DNA of 64,000 nucleotides from Rhodospirillales bacterium. Lineage in GTDB: Bacteria; Pseudomonadota; Alphaproteobacteria; Rhodospirillales; JANQFP01. The stretch is taken from contig JANQFP010000207.1 of the NCBI GenBank assembly GCA_028277795.1, forward strand, positions 83,804 to 147,803, in the 5' to 3' direction. Position numbers and translations under genes: made by a program. The notes beneath the pieces were generated by a model, which saw only the letters and a list, made by a program, of their open reading frames with translations, did not search any database and had not been told where the DNA came from. Below are positions 63,997 to 64,000 of this stretch, one piece after another; positions within the stretch are counted from its first letter, which is position 1; every line of letters starts with the position of its first letter.

Positions 63997-64000
63997 CCGC

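Noticed and set aside
1-64000. Search for CRISPR arrays, tRNA/rRNA genes, transposases, integrases, prophage or toxin-antitoxin/defence genes
   Set aside because: None recognised. There are no regularly spaced direct repeats, no tRNA-like cloverleaf candidates in the intergenic gaps, and no DDE/tyrosine-recombinase-like ORFs. The only compositional islands are the sulfotransferase gene and the patches inside 37742-39136.

Overview
GC-rich proteobacterial chromosome segment, probably alphaproteobacterial given a ROSE-type hsp20 leader and an XrtA locus. Almost the whole window is one cell-surface glycan super-locus. (1) 1-2033: tail of a tungstate-type ABC importer. (2) 2177-18862: a canonical exosortase A (XrtA)/PEP-CTERM exopolysaccharide core. 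It holds an AlgD-like GDP-mannose dehydrogenase, two AsnB-type amidotransferases, an stp1-type glycosyltransferase (GT), a FemAB-like protein, a polysaccharide deacetylase, an ExeA-like ATPase, a beta-barrel outer membrane protein (OMP), a Wza-like exporter, a chain-length determinant, a BY-kinase and an XrtA-EpsI fusion. (3) 19083-21324: a short housekeeping interlude with Hsp20 (near-consensus sigma70 promoter and ROSE-like RNA thermometer), an ABM monooxygenase and an Fe-ADH. (4) 21337-64000: gmd-fcl plus about 40 kb of mostly co-directional, translationally coupled sugar genes. These include a complete pseudaminic acid route (pseB, pseC, pseG, PseH-like GNAT, pseI, cytidylyltransferase) and a second, divergent NeuB-family synthase flanked by two Gfo/Idh/MocA oxidoreductases. 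They also include a WbuX/HisH/HisF-type amidotransferase triad, three formyltransferase-fold proteins, two aminopeptidase-like DUF4910 proteins and two cobalamin-type radical SAM enzymes. The rest are an MBOAT/SGNH O-acylation pair, an AAC(3)-fold acyltransferase, a low-GC sulfotransferase islet, a carbamoyltransferase, four GT4/GT2 glycosyltransferases, two uncharacterised GT-B-like transferases and an MsbA-like ABC exporter. I recognised no rRNA, tRNA, CRISPR array, transposase or integrase. The best candidate for new biology is the non-canonical tailoring cassette at 29563-39136, together with the divergent NeuB module at 39171-43009, both embedded in the pse operon next to an XrtA locus. 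All family assignments come from motif and sequence recognition by eye, not from database searches.
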